The translations under genes and the position numbers were made by a program. Positions 1 to 7,295 of a stretch of DNA of 64,000 nucleotides are shown in pieces; positions within the stretch are counted from its first letter, which is position 1; every line of letters starts with the position of its first letter. The notes under the pieces are model-generated. The model saw only the letters and a list, made by a program, of their open reading frames with translations, was not told the DNA's origin and did not search any database. Origin of the DNA: a virus. The stretch is from positions 1 to 64,000 of IMG/VR virus record IMGVR_UViG_3300030329_006380; one strand, 5' to 3'.

Positions 1-23
1 GCTTCGCTGCCCCCGCTCGTTAA

Positions 24-51
24 TTAGACGGACGGGGCAGCTTTTTATTCA
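24..51 (-). promoter_or_regulatory. Bipartite repeat element copy A (TGAATAA-N14-CGTCTAA), ECF-sigma-like promoter in a hairpin
   Basis: Plus strand TTAGACG 24-30 and TTATTCA 45-51, 14-nt gap; inverted repeat 6-13/34-41; would serve a gene beyond the left edge. Confidence 0.7.
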
Positions 52-717
52 AATTTTTTTCAACTTTTCGATATGTTCTTGAATTTCCTGAACTCTCCTG
101 TTGGCCATTTGAAGTCTGTCGGAAGCGCGCCACTCGTTAAAGTCCTTCTCCTTGAAGAGTTCAGTAACACGATCATCATTGACATAGTAGCCTTCTGGAT
201 AGTCAAAATCACGACCTAACGATACTACTTCTGATTTCATCCGCCACCCACTCTTCTCATGCTCACCAGAAATCTCTGCTAGACAAACATGACTGGTGTG
301 ATTTGAGTTCCTTACAGACTTAGCTTGGATAACAGAAGTGTGTGGATCAAAAGGGCTGATATACTTGAACAGGACGTGCGTGATCAGCACCAATGCCGAG
401 GAGTACTGGTCAGATCTGCGAACCAAAGCACCCTTACCTACGCCCCTAAGCTTGAAAACTTCTTCTACAAGCCTTCGGTACTTTCGAGTGGTTTCAACAA
501 ATTTGACGCGTATATTCTTTCGCTTGACACATGTTCTCTTTGTATGGCCGGGCTCATGACAATATGAACACTTTCTGTTTTTTACCTTGCTTCTCTCCAA
601 ATGGGCTTGCGCCCATGCATTGCCATCTTTGGCTCTTTGTTTAATTTCTGGGCATGATCTCTTGTTGTGTCCTGTTTGGTAGCAGTAACTACATCTAACT
701 GTTCCATTCCAACTCAT
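49..717 (-). CDS. Hypothetical protein with two CCHC zinc knuckles
   Basis: CSYCYQTGHNKRSC and CSYCHEPGHTKRTC both fit C-X2-C-X4-H-X4-C; GGAGG SD upstream. Confidence 0.8.
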   Translation of the reverse strand: MSWNGTVRCSYCYQTGHNKRSCPEIKQRAKDGNAWAQAHLERSKVKNRKCSYCHEPGHTKRTCVKRKNIRVKFVETTRKYRRLVEEVFKLRGVGKGALVRRSDQYSSALVLITHVLFKYISPFDPHTSVIQAKSVRNSNHTSHVCLAEISGEHEKSGWRMKSEVVSLGRDFDYPEGYYVNDDRVTELFKEKDFNEWRASDRLQMANRRVQEIQEHIEKLKKI

Positions 718-760
718 AATATCCTCCGGTTGGAGTCCTTGCCAATCCCGCTCTCGTCAC

Positions 761-788
761 TTAGACGAGTGAGGTCAAAAATTATTCA
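761..788 (-). promoter_or_regulatory. Bipartite repeat element copy B (TGAATAA-N14-CGTCTAA)
   Basis: TTAGACG 761-767, TTATTCA 782-788, 14-nt gap; 44 nt from the start at 717. Confidence 0.7.
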
Positions 789-908
789 AAAAAAATCGGG
801 CTGCTGCTCTCCTTGTTCACAGCTTACCAGCCTACCTTCATTTAGTGATTGATATGTCTAAGAAATTCACCTGACGTGCTCGTTATAGGCGTTGAGATCA
901 CTTATTTG

Positions 909-1607
909 TTAGTCCCGCTTCTTCTTTTTGAAGAGTTTCAATGCTCTCTCTTCAACAAGGAAAGGTCGGATGCCTCCAACCGGAAGAACCTGATATACTT
1001 TCGCTCCTTTGGTAGCACCCCATGGGGTTCTAGCATTGGACTTCATGATAAAATAGGCAATTGGTTTCCCATTTTTATGGGCTGGAAGTCTTGCTTCCCA
1101 GAATGCCCTATGGTGCGCATTGGCACGAATGGTAACGCATGCTCCATTCTCAAACTTTGGGTGTGCACCCCAAGCATCGAGAACTTTTTCAGCATACTTG
1201 TTTTGTGTCATTGATTTGAAGATCTTATACGAAGGTACATAATCTTCGTTTAATGTATCCTTGAACGAGATTCGAGGATTATAGTTTGGATCCCCTGCTC
1301 TGAGGCCAATTGCTTTTTCAACTTCGCCACGGTAGTAGCTAGTGTTACTATAATATATCGCGCAAATGCGGAATCGCTCTCTTGCATCCGGATCGTTTTT
1401 CCACGTCTCCTTCCAATCAGCAAGGGCTTTAATATTGGAACTTGAATATTGTTTCTCCTTCTTCTCGAAGATTTCCTTTTGTCGGGGAGAAAGAGACCTT
1501 CCCTTTACAATCTGCTCCATGAGAGATAGACAAAAATTAAGAGTCCAATCGTCTACAATGCCATTATTTCTGATAGTGTCAATAACTCTTGTTACACGCT
1601 TTCTCAT
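909..1607 (-). CDS. Hypothetical protein
   Basis: 232-aa ORF on the gene strand, directly downstream of element copy C. Confidence 0.75.
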   Translation of the reverse strand: MRKRVTRVIDTIRNNGIVDDWTLNFCLSLMEQIVKGRSLSPRQKEIFEKKEKQYSSSNIKALADWKETWKNDPDARERFRICAIYYSNTSYYRGEVEKAIGLRAGDPNYNPRISFKDTLNEDYVPSYKIFKSMTQNKYAEKVLDAWGAHPKFENGACVTIRANAHHRAFWEARLPAHKNGKPIAYFIMKSNARTPWGATKGAKVYQVLPVGGIRPFLVEERALKLFKKKKRD

Positions 1608-1646
1608 TACAATCTCTCTGTTGTGGGTCGCTGCCCGTTCTGTCTA

Positions 1647-1674
1647 TTAGACGTGCGGGGCAGCATTTTATTCA
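1647..1674 (-). promoter_or_regulatory. Bipartite repeat element copy C (TGAATAA-N14-CGTCTAA)
   Basis: TTAGACG 1647-1653, TTATTCA 1668-1674, 14-nt gap; 40 nt from the start at 1607. Confidence 0.7.
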
Positions 1675-1682
1675 AATTTTTT

Positions 1683-1898
1683 TCAACACCGTGCTGGCCG
1701 AGCTATAACTCGCAAGTCCATCACTGTGTTAGTTGTGATCAGTGGCCCCCGCTCTTCTTCATCCTTCACAAGCCATTCAACTTTAAAAAATAAATCCGAA
1801 GGGTCTTTCTGGATTACAATTCCTTTTGTCCCCTGTACTGTAATGTTTTCAACCAAATCTCCAATGTTAATATTGTTCTGTATCATGGGTGTTATCAT
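1683..1898 (-). CDS. Small hypothetical protein (KOW/SH3-like beta pattern)
   Basis: NIGDLVE...KGIVIQ...FKVEW pattern; start overlaps the upstream stop. Confidence 0.6.
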   Translation of the reverse strand: MITPMIQNNINIGDLVENITVQGTKGIVIQKDPSDLFFKVEWLVKDEEERGPLITTNTVMDLRVIARPARC

Positions 1899-2242
1899 GT
1901 CTTGTTCACCTTCCTCTTAACCATTTTAAACTTCCTGGCGATCTTCATCACTAGGGAATAAGGTACCTTGAACGTTGACTCCAAATCTCCTTGAGCAATG
2001 GGTTCAAGTCCCATACGCTTCAGTGCCCCGAAGGTATGTGACATCTTAAATGTTGTGTCCCTCACAACATACAAACCAACGTATTTATTTCCGAACCCAT
2101 CAAAAAGGTGGCAGCCATCGAACTCCTTTCCCCTTGAAACAACAATCGGAAAGCCATCTTCTCCACGCGATAAACGCAATCGTTTTTTCTTAGCAAACTC
2201 ACGAAACTTACGCTTTCCAAAATCTTTGGGCATTCTCGCCAT
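1895..2242 (-). CDS. Hypothetical basic protein
   Basis: 115-aa ORF with GAGG SD. Confidence 0.7.
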   Translation of the reverse strand: MARMPKDFGKRKFREFAKKKRLRLSRGEDGFPIVVSRGKEFDGCHLFDGFGNKYVGLYVVRDTTFKMSHTFGALKRMGLEPIAQGDLESTFKVPYSLVMKIARKFKMVKRKVNKT

Positions 2243-2261
2243 AACAATCCTCTCTAAGTGA

Positions 2262-3008
2262 TTATACTAATTCTTTTTCAAGTTCTGAAATCTTTGAACA
2301 TGCAAGTTCAAAGTACTCTTCGTTTTTTTCAATTCCAATAAATCTCCTATTATGTTTCATGGCAACAATTGCAGTTGTTCCCGATCCTAAAAAAGGATCA
2401 ATAATCAAATCCCCTTCTTCTGTAGTTGGGAGTATACAATTTTCAACCAACTTCTCAGGGAAAGAGCAAACGTGACCGTCATTTCTCGAAGGCGGGATCT
2501 TCCAAATATTAGTCAACCCTGCTTCGTTTTTCCACTGCCGAGGCTTTTGTATTTGATATACCCTCTCTTCTTGAATATGATATCTTCTAGATGGGTTGCC
2601 AATCCCACATCTATCCCATATAATTTCGCACCAAATTGGAAACTTAGCCAACCATTGCATCGGATGATGCAGGTTGCTTTGAGACCGGAAAATATTTCTA
2701 TTGTGCCAAGCAAATCTAACTTTATGATTATAAAAAATACTGCTGCGGCACACTCTCATGAGAGAGTGAATCACCGATTGTTGCCACCCTTGATATTCCC
2801 ACTCTGGCATTTCATCAAAATACCACCGCTTGTATTTTTCTGTCATAGCTTTGCTTGTTTTGGATTTTCCATAGTTTGAATATCTTTTACAAAGATTGTA
2901 TGGAGGTGAAGTAACACAAACTTCAATTGAGTTTCTCTCCAGCCCCTCCATGACTTCCATACAATCTCCAAGATAAACAACTCCATTTTTAAATTCTCTT
3001 TTCTTCAT
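2262..3008 (-). CDS. Site-specific DNA methyltransferase, beta-class N4-C/N6-A
   Basis: YLGDCME start, catalytic TSPPY near the N-terminus, SAM-binding DPFLGSGTT near the C-terminus. Confidence 0.92.
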   Translation of the reverse strand: MKKREFKNGVVYLGDCMEVMEGLERNSIEVCVTSPPYNLCKRYSNYGKSKTSKAMTEKYKRWYFDEMPEWEYQGWQQSVIHSLMRVCRSSIFYNHKVRFAWHNRNIFRSQSNLHHPMQWLAKFPIWCEIIWDRCGIGNPSRRYHIQEERVYQIQKPRQWKNEAGLTNIWKIPPSRNDGHVCSFPEKLVENCILPTTEEGDLIIDPFLGSGTTAIVAMKHNRRFIGIEKNEEYFELACSKISELEKELV

Positions 3009-3048
3009 TCTGCACTCTCGGTGTTGAGGTTTGTTCCGCGCTCATCCC

Positions 3049-3076
3049 TTAGACGAGCCAGCGAAGAATTTATTCA
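3049..3076 (-). promoter_or_regulatory. Bipartite repeat element copy D (TGAATAA-N14-CGTCTAA)
   Basis: TTAGACG 3049-3055, TTATTCA 3070-3076, 14-nt gap; 41 nt from the methyltransferase start. Confidence 0.7.
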
Positions 3077-3438
3077 CTCTTTTCTTCTGGTGCTTCGCCG
3101 CCGAATGTTAACTGCTCGTCATCTTCGAAAGTTATGATAGTTTTATTCAATGGATGCGGTTTTACATGAACCTTCAGAAAATCATTCAGTGAATCAAAAA
3201 TTGCAATTCCACCTCGTGGTGGAGGGAACAACCAGTGGATAACCACCTGTCCCGTTGCGTACTCAACCCCCTCAATTACGACACCAATGCCTGAGATTCC
3301 CGTCTCATCGTATTGTCTGGCGACTGTGAATGTTCGAATGCCCCGTGGTGCCTTTTTTGGCGGAGGCTTGGGCTTAAGGTCTTCAGTTTCTATATTTATC
3401 GCTTCGTCTTTTTCAACGTTAGTATTGTCTTCAATCAT
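3070..3438 (-). CDS. Conserved phage hypothetical protein
   Basis: RTFTVARQYDETGISGIGVVIEGV...GQVVIHW resembles a small phage protein family; start at 3438 avoids overlap with the upstream gene. Confidence 0.65.
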   Translation of the reverse strand: MIEDNTNVEKDEAINIETEDLKPKPPPKKAPRGIRTFTVARQYDETGISGIGVVIEGVEYATGQVVIHWLFPPPRGGIAIFDSLNDFLKVHVKPHPLNKTIITFEDDEQLTFGGEAPEEKSE

Positions 3439-3442
3439 TGTT

Positions 3443-3625
3443 TTAATTGATCCTATATATGCTGACAATATAATCCTTCAAAATTTTGTCGTATGTTATA
3501 TTGAAAGTTTTGTTTTTAAACCAATAAACCACACAATTAATTCCATGCATTGCATGTCTTTGGCCTTTTTCTATGATTACTCCCACATCTCCATTGATGC
3601 GAACAACCATGTCTCCCTCATTCAT
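3443..3625 (-). CDS. Small hypothetical protein (KOW-like start MNEGDMV...GDVGVII)
   Basis: 60-aa ORF packed between neighbours. Confidence 0.55.
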   Translation of the reverse strand: MNEGDMVVRINGDVGVIIEKGQRHAMHGINCVVYWFKNKTFNITYDKILKDYIVSIYRIN

Positions 3626-3632
3626 ATGTACC

Positions 3633-3992
3633 TCACTTCATAAACACTTGTATGCATACAATCGCTAAGGAAAGTACTATACAAATCATTGTCTTGGGTG
3701 CAAACATACTCTCATTATAAAAATAGTACGTGAGAATCGGGAAAGAAAGAAATGATATTCCAAAAGCCAATAATCTAGCAGACCATAGAGATCCCATACC
3801 ATCGACTGTATATTTTACACCGTAATAAAACATAAAGGCAATGGGGTAAGAAAAAACCAATATTGAAACTAAAGGCCTTTCCTTCCACCATTGCCATATA
3901 AATTGGGAATTAACCTGAAACCAAGTCAAAACATGACCAGTAAAAAACAAGCAACCAGCGATAAGCAATTTTGACCAAACTGTCGATTCCAT
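3633..3992 (-). CDS. Small multi-pass membrane protein (SMR/DMT-like)
   Basis: About four hydrophobic segments; ATG at 3992 preceded by GGGGGG (the ORF track starts at an upstream TTG at 4004). Confidence 0.65.
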   Translation of the reverse strand: MESTVWSKLLIAGCLFFTGHVLTWFQVNSQFIWQWWKERPLVSILVFSYPIAFMFYYGVKYTVDGMGSLWSARLLAFGISFLSFPILTYYFYNESMFAPKTMICIVLSLAIVCIQVFMK

Positions 3993-4047
3993 AAAACCCC
4001 CCAAGAATACAATATATATAGTTAGTTAATCACTTCTTGGGGGTTTT
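3993..4047 (-). promoter_or_regulatory. Hairpin sequestering the RBS of the membrane-protein gene, with a late-promoter-like motif in the loop
   Basis: Arms AAAACCCCCCAAGAA 3993-4007 and TTCTTGGGGGTTTT 4034-4047; loop contains ACTATATA (minus strand, 4015-4022). Confidence 0.5.
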
Positions 4048-4050
4048 TGA

Positions 4051-4449
4051 TTACTGGACCTCGATTGTGTGGGCCTTAACAATCTCAGACTCTGGCTTTT
4101 TAACTGTTAAAACCAACACCCCCGCATCATATTTTGCTGCAATATCTTTTTCCGTTAATCCCTTCGAAACCTGCCATGACTTAGAAAAGCTCTTTTTCGA
4201 GAGAAATCTAAGATCTTCTTTGTTTCTTTCATAAGAGACAGAAAGGGTTGTTCCCTCCAAATTGACTTTAAAATCTTCCTTTTTTAAACCCGGCGCGGCA
4301 ACTGAGATTTCGTGTGCATCGCCCAGATCACGGACATAAACATCTCCAGAAGATTTTATTTTGGGAGTCTCCAGTGCAAGAAGATCTCCAAATAGATCAT
4401 CGAAGAGAAAAGTGGTGGGGTGATTATAATTCCTTCTAGTGGTTAACAT
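4051..4449 (-). CDS. Small heat shock protein (Hsp20/alpha-crystallin family)
   Basis: APGLKKEDFKV and AKYDAGVLVLTVKK are typical sHSP motifs; AAGGAG SD. Confidence 0.92.
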   Translation of the reverse strand: MLTTRRNYNHPTTFLFDDLFGDLLALETPKIKSSGDVYVRDLGDAHEISVAAPGLKKEDFKVNLEGTTLSVSYERNKEDLRFLSKKSFSKSWQVSKGLTEKDIAAKYDAGVLVLTVKKPESEIVKAHTIEVQ

Positions 4450-4499
4450 AATGTTTCTCCTTTAAAATAATTTGTGCCGCCACCATTGCGGCTATTTTA

Positions 4500-4527
4500 A
4501 AGTTAAACACCAGCTAACGCAAGTCAA
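4500..4527 (-). promoter_or_regulatory. Possible sigma70-type promoter for hsp20
   Basis: TTGACT (4522-4527)-N16-TAACTT (4500-4505); imperfect -10. Confidence 0.35.
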
Positions 4528-4544
4528 GCATATTTTTATATTTT

Positions 4545-6494
4545 TTATTGTTCAATACAGATTTCTGAGAAGACAAGGCCCAGATCAATCGCCGCTAGAT
4601 CATGACGACTTAACCTAGAGAGTTCAAAGACATGCTGGCGTCCAGTTGGCACCATTGTATCCCACGGTGAATAAAAACCACTGGGCGTGAATACAAAAAG
4701 TTCCAATGGATCCCCGTCAGTCCAGCTTTCGTTTGTGACGCTTTTACATCCTGGTAATTCGCAAGGTGCCATCACATCAATAACATCAGTCGGAGTAATC
4801 TGTTCATTTGTTTGAGCTATTTCATCAGTAAACATTAATATAAATGGAGTAGCATTGTCGCGCCAATTAATTTGCAAATTATTTTGCATAGAGGCAATGT
4901 GATACACAGTATCCAAAGAGGGCTCCAGTCCTCCATCTGTCGTCATGCTGCTCAGGCTGGTAATTAAGTCTCCAATCTCGCTCAATTGTTGATAGAGCAC
5001 GGGATTCCCATCATCCTCCAGTTGACCAAACATAACAATGCCAAATTTATGCTCAGAATTATTTAATGAAGAGGCAAACATGGCGATCGCATCCCGAAGA
5101 TATGTTATATAACTGCTCATACTTCCAGAAACATCAATCGCAAAAATTATATCAGCCTTCTCAAAAACACGCTCCATATCATCAACCAATCCATTGCAAT
5201 CATTATCAATTGAATCACAGACTTCATCCTCAGGGGTCACTTCATTCTGACAACCCAGCCAAACACCGCGAAAACATCTTTCTGTTCCTGACTCGCAGAT
5301 TCCGACATCAATAGTTTGAGGTGGACCGGAATAACAATCACGAGTTATATTTTCATCTATATCCAGATCACAATCATCATCATAATTGTTGCAAAGTTCA
5401 ATCTGTGGCAGTTCTCCAACGCATTCGGACCACGTGCCATCCTCCATGCAAGTTTGTATTCCATACCCGCACATCGGGGGATTATTTCTACACACCTGTG
5501 TTTGCCCAAGTATACATGGGCACTCAAGATCTTCATCAATTGCCCCGTTGCAATTGTTGTCGATGCCATCACAGATTTCCTCAGTTGGTGCGGGAGCATC
5601 ACAGTCAACCCACTGACCATACGAACATTCTTCTATCCCGCGACCACAATCTGTCGTACACTCTTGCACCAATCCCTCGTCAACTGTGCCGTCGCAGTCG
5701 TTATCAAGCCCATCACATATTTCATTTTCAGGCAATGTGGCACCCCAGCATGTTATTTCAGCTTCGATGCAAGAGTCGCGACCGAAGTTACATTCACCAA
5801 CGTCGGTGGGGCCGCACTCGCCTCCTAAGCCTGCCATCTCATCCATAACACCATCGCAGTCATTGTCGTAACCATCACAGATCTCAGATTCTGGGCCAAT
5901 AAACTCTTCGCATTCAGACATTTCGCCGTCATAGCACTGTCGCCAACCACGAACACATGTTGAAAGAGCATCTTCATCATTATATATAATCCATGGATTT
6001 GACTCTTCTATCTCGCACGATATCCGCTTTGACCATCCCTCATCCACACTTCCATCGCAATCATCATCCACTCCATTACATAACTCATCGATTCCAGCAA
6101 ATCCTTCATCAATCTCACCGTTACAGTTATTGTCGATCTCATCACATACCTCTATTGGTTCTGGGGCGCACTCACCGCATGAATTGGTGACACCCTCGTC
6201 TTTCTCTCCATCACAGTCATTATCCAGACCGTCGCATACTTCCTCGACAGGAAGGACCTCTCCAACACACGGACCCCATGAATCTCCAAAACAAAATTTT
6301 CTTCCGCGAGTACATGCGCCTTTCATCGGACCATCAGTGCACTCCGACCAGACACCTGCCATGCATAAAGGCTCTTCGACTTCCTCTGCGGCGCCTCCGG
6401 TCGACTTAATTTGACCATCTGAGCATCCGAATAAAAAAATAAAAGCGAGCATAACCGCGTGAAGTGTTGAAGTTATGATCGCTTTCTTATTCAT
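4545..6494 (-). CDS. Putative lipoprotein with 8 Cys/Asp-rich (MopE-like metal-binding) repeats and a C-terminal vWA domain
   Basis: N-terminal signal ending FLFGC; eight C-[DN]-x2-D-[ND]-[DN]-C-[DN]-x4-D units; vWA MIDAS DVSGSMS, later FTDE. Confidence 0.85.
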   Translation of the reverse strand: MNKKAIITSTLHAVMLAFIFLFGCSDGQIKSTGGAAEEVEEPLCMAGVWSECTDGPMKGACTRGRKFCFGDSWGPCVGEVLPVEEVCDGLDNDCDGEKDEGVTNSCGECAPEPIEVCDEIDNNCNGEIDEGFAGIDELCNGVDDDCDGSVDEGWSKRISCEIEESNPWIIYNDEDALSTCVRGWRQCYDGEMSECEEFIGPESEICDGYDNDCDGVMDEMAGLGGECGPTDVGECNFGRDSCIEAEITCWGATLPENEICDGLDNDCDGTVDEGLVQECTTDCGRGIEECSYGQWVDCDAPAPTEEICDGIDNNCNGAIDEDLECPCILGQTQVCRNNPPMCGYGIQTCMEDGTWSECVGELPQIELCNNYDDDCDLDIDENITRDCYSGPPQTIDVGICESGTERCFRGVWLGCQNEVTPEDEVCDSIDNDCNGLVDDMERVFEKADIIFAIDVSGSMSSYITYLRDAIAMFASSLNNSEHKFGIVMFGQLEDDGNPVLYQQLSEIGDLITSLSSMTTDGGLEPSLDTVYHIASMQNNLQINWRDNATPFILMFTDEIAQTNEQITPTDVIDVMAPCELPGCKSVTNESWTDGDPLELFVFTPSGFYSPWDTMVPTGRQHVFELSRLSRHDLAAIDLGLVFSEICIEQ

Positions 6495-6506
6495 TCTGTT
6501 GTCTCC

Positions 6507-7085
6507 TTATCTTAGTTTAATCACCTTTCCAAATACTGGGGTATCATCGAACTTTAAATATTTTACCTCAAGCATGGCCGCGTGCAGGGGCTTCGCACCT
6601 CTTTGAAAAGAGCTTTGTTCATACCATTGATGTTTGTGCCACATTATCCTAGGATTATGATAGTCAGTCCAATAATATTTATCGTCTAGTCCCTGAAATA
6701 CACAGAGCGCATGGCCGGATATCCTTCCACTTCTCTTTTCCATGTGATAAAATGATATCCATGTTCTTTTAGCCAATCCGGATTTCAAAAGCGCTGCGCA
6801 CCAATATATAGCGTGGTCGTCACAGTCGCCAATTTCTTCATTTTCAGCAATATTTTTCTGAACTCTGGTTGGGTGATAAACAACGTCGAACGCGCCGCCA
6901 AGCGGATCGGATCGCCACATAGTGCCATATTCTAAAGCGGATGCTATTTCTTCGGGTGCAGAGTAAACTTTGACAGGAAAATTTTTGGTTTGCGTAAAAT
7001 ATATTGTAATTTTATACCATACTTTAGCGAGCCAAAGGAAAAAATTAAAAAAAATATATAATCCAATTTTAATTAATGAGTTCAT
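6507..7085 (-). CDS. Transglutaminase-like cysteine protease with hydrophobic N-terminus
   Basis: GDCDDHA (Cys), GHALCVF (His), WTDY (Asp) triad order. Confidence 0.7.
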   Translation of the reverse strand: MNSLIKIGLYIFFNFFLWLAKVWYKITIYFTQTKNFPVKVYSAPEEIASALEYGTMWRSDPLGGAFDVVYHPTRVQKNIAENEEIGDCDDHAIYWCAALLKSGLAKRTWISFYHMEKRSGRISGHALCVFQGLDDKYYWTDYHNPRIMWHKHQWYEQSSFQRGAKPLHAAMLEVKYLKFDDTPVFGKVIKLR

Positions 7086-7120
7086 TTAACGTTCCCCTAG
7101 AATAATTAGGGGGTAGTAAA

Positions 7121-7294
7121 TTAATCTTCTTTTTTTTCTTCTAAGGCTCCGAAGCCCGCGGGTGCCGATTCGGATCTCTCGTAATTAGGGTTTTCTTTAA
7201 AGGGAGCGGCTTTGTGTTTGTTCCCGCCTTTCCCTATGAGTTTAAATTTCATTTTTTTATGTTTTTTCTTCATTTTATCTTGAAATTCGCCCAT
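7121..7294 (-). CDS. Small hypothetical protein
   Basis: ATG at 7294 with GGGGGG SD immediately after the amidase stop. Confidence 0.55.
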   Translation of the reverse strand: MGEFQDKMKKKHKKMKFKLIGKGGNKHKAAPFKENPNYERSESAPAGFGALEEKKED

Positions 7295-7295
7295 C

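Noticed and set aside
43-64. TTATTCAAAT as a XerD/dif half-site
   Set aside because: Only partial similarity to TTATGTTAAAT, with no XerC arm at the 6-nt spacing.
790-890. SRP RNA, group II intron domain V or hammerhead in the long intergenic gap
   Set aside because: GTCAGG and AGCAG fragments are too far apart for SRP helix 8, and no CTGANGA/GAAA core or domain V was found.
6-3076. Repeated hairpin elements as a CRISPR array or integron attC sites
   Set aside because: Copies are 0.7-1.4 kb apart with whole genes between them, not 30-40 nt spacers. They lack the GTTRRRY/RYYYAAC cores (the base before TTAGAC is A or C). No cas or integrase gene is in the window.
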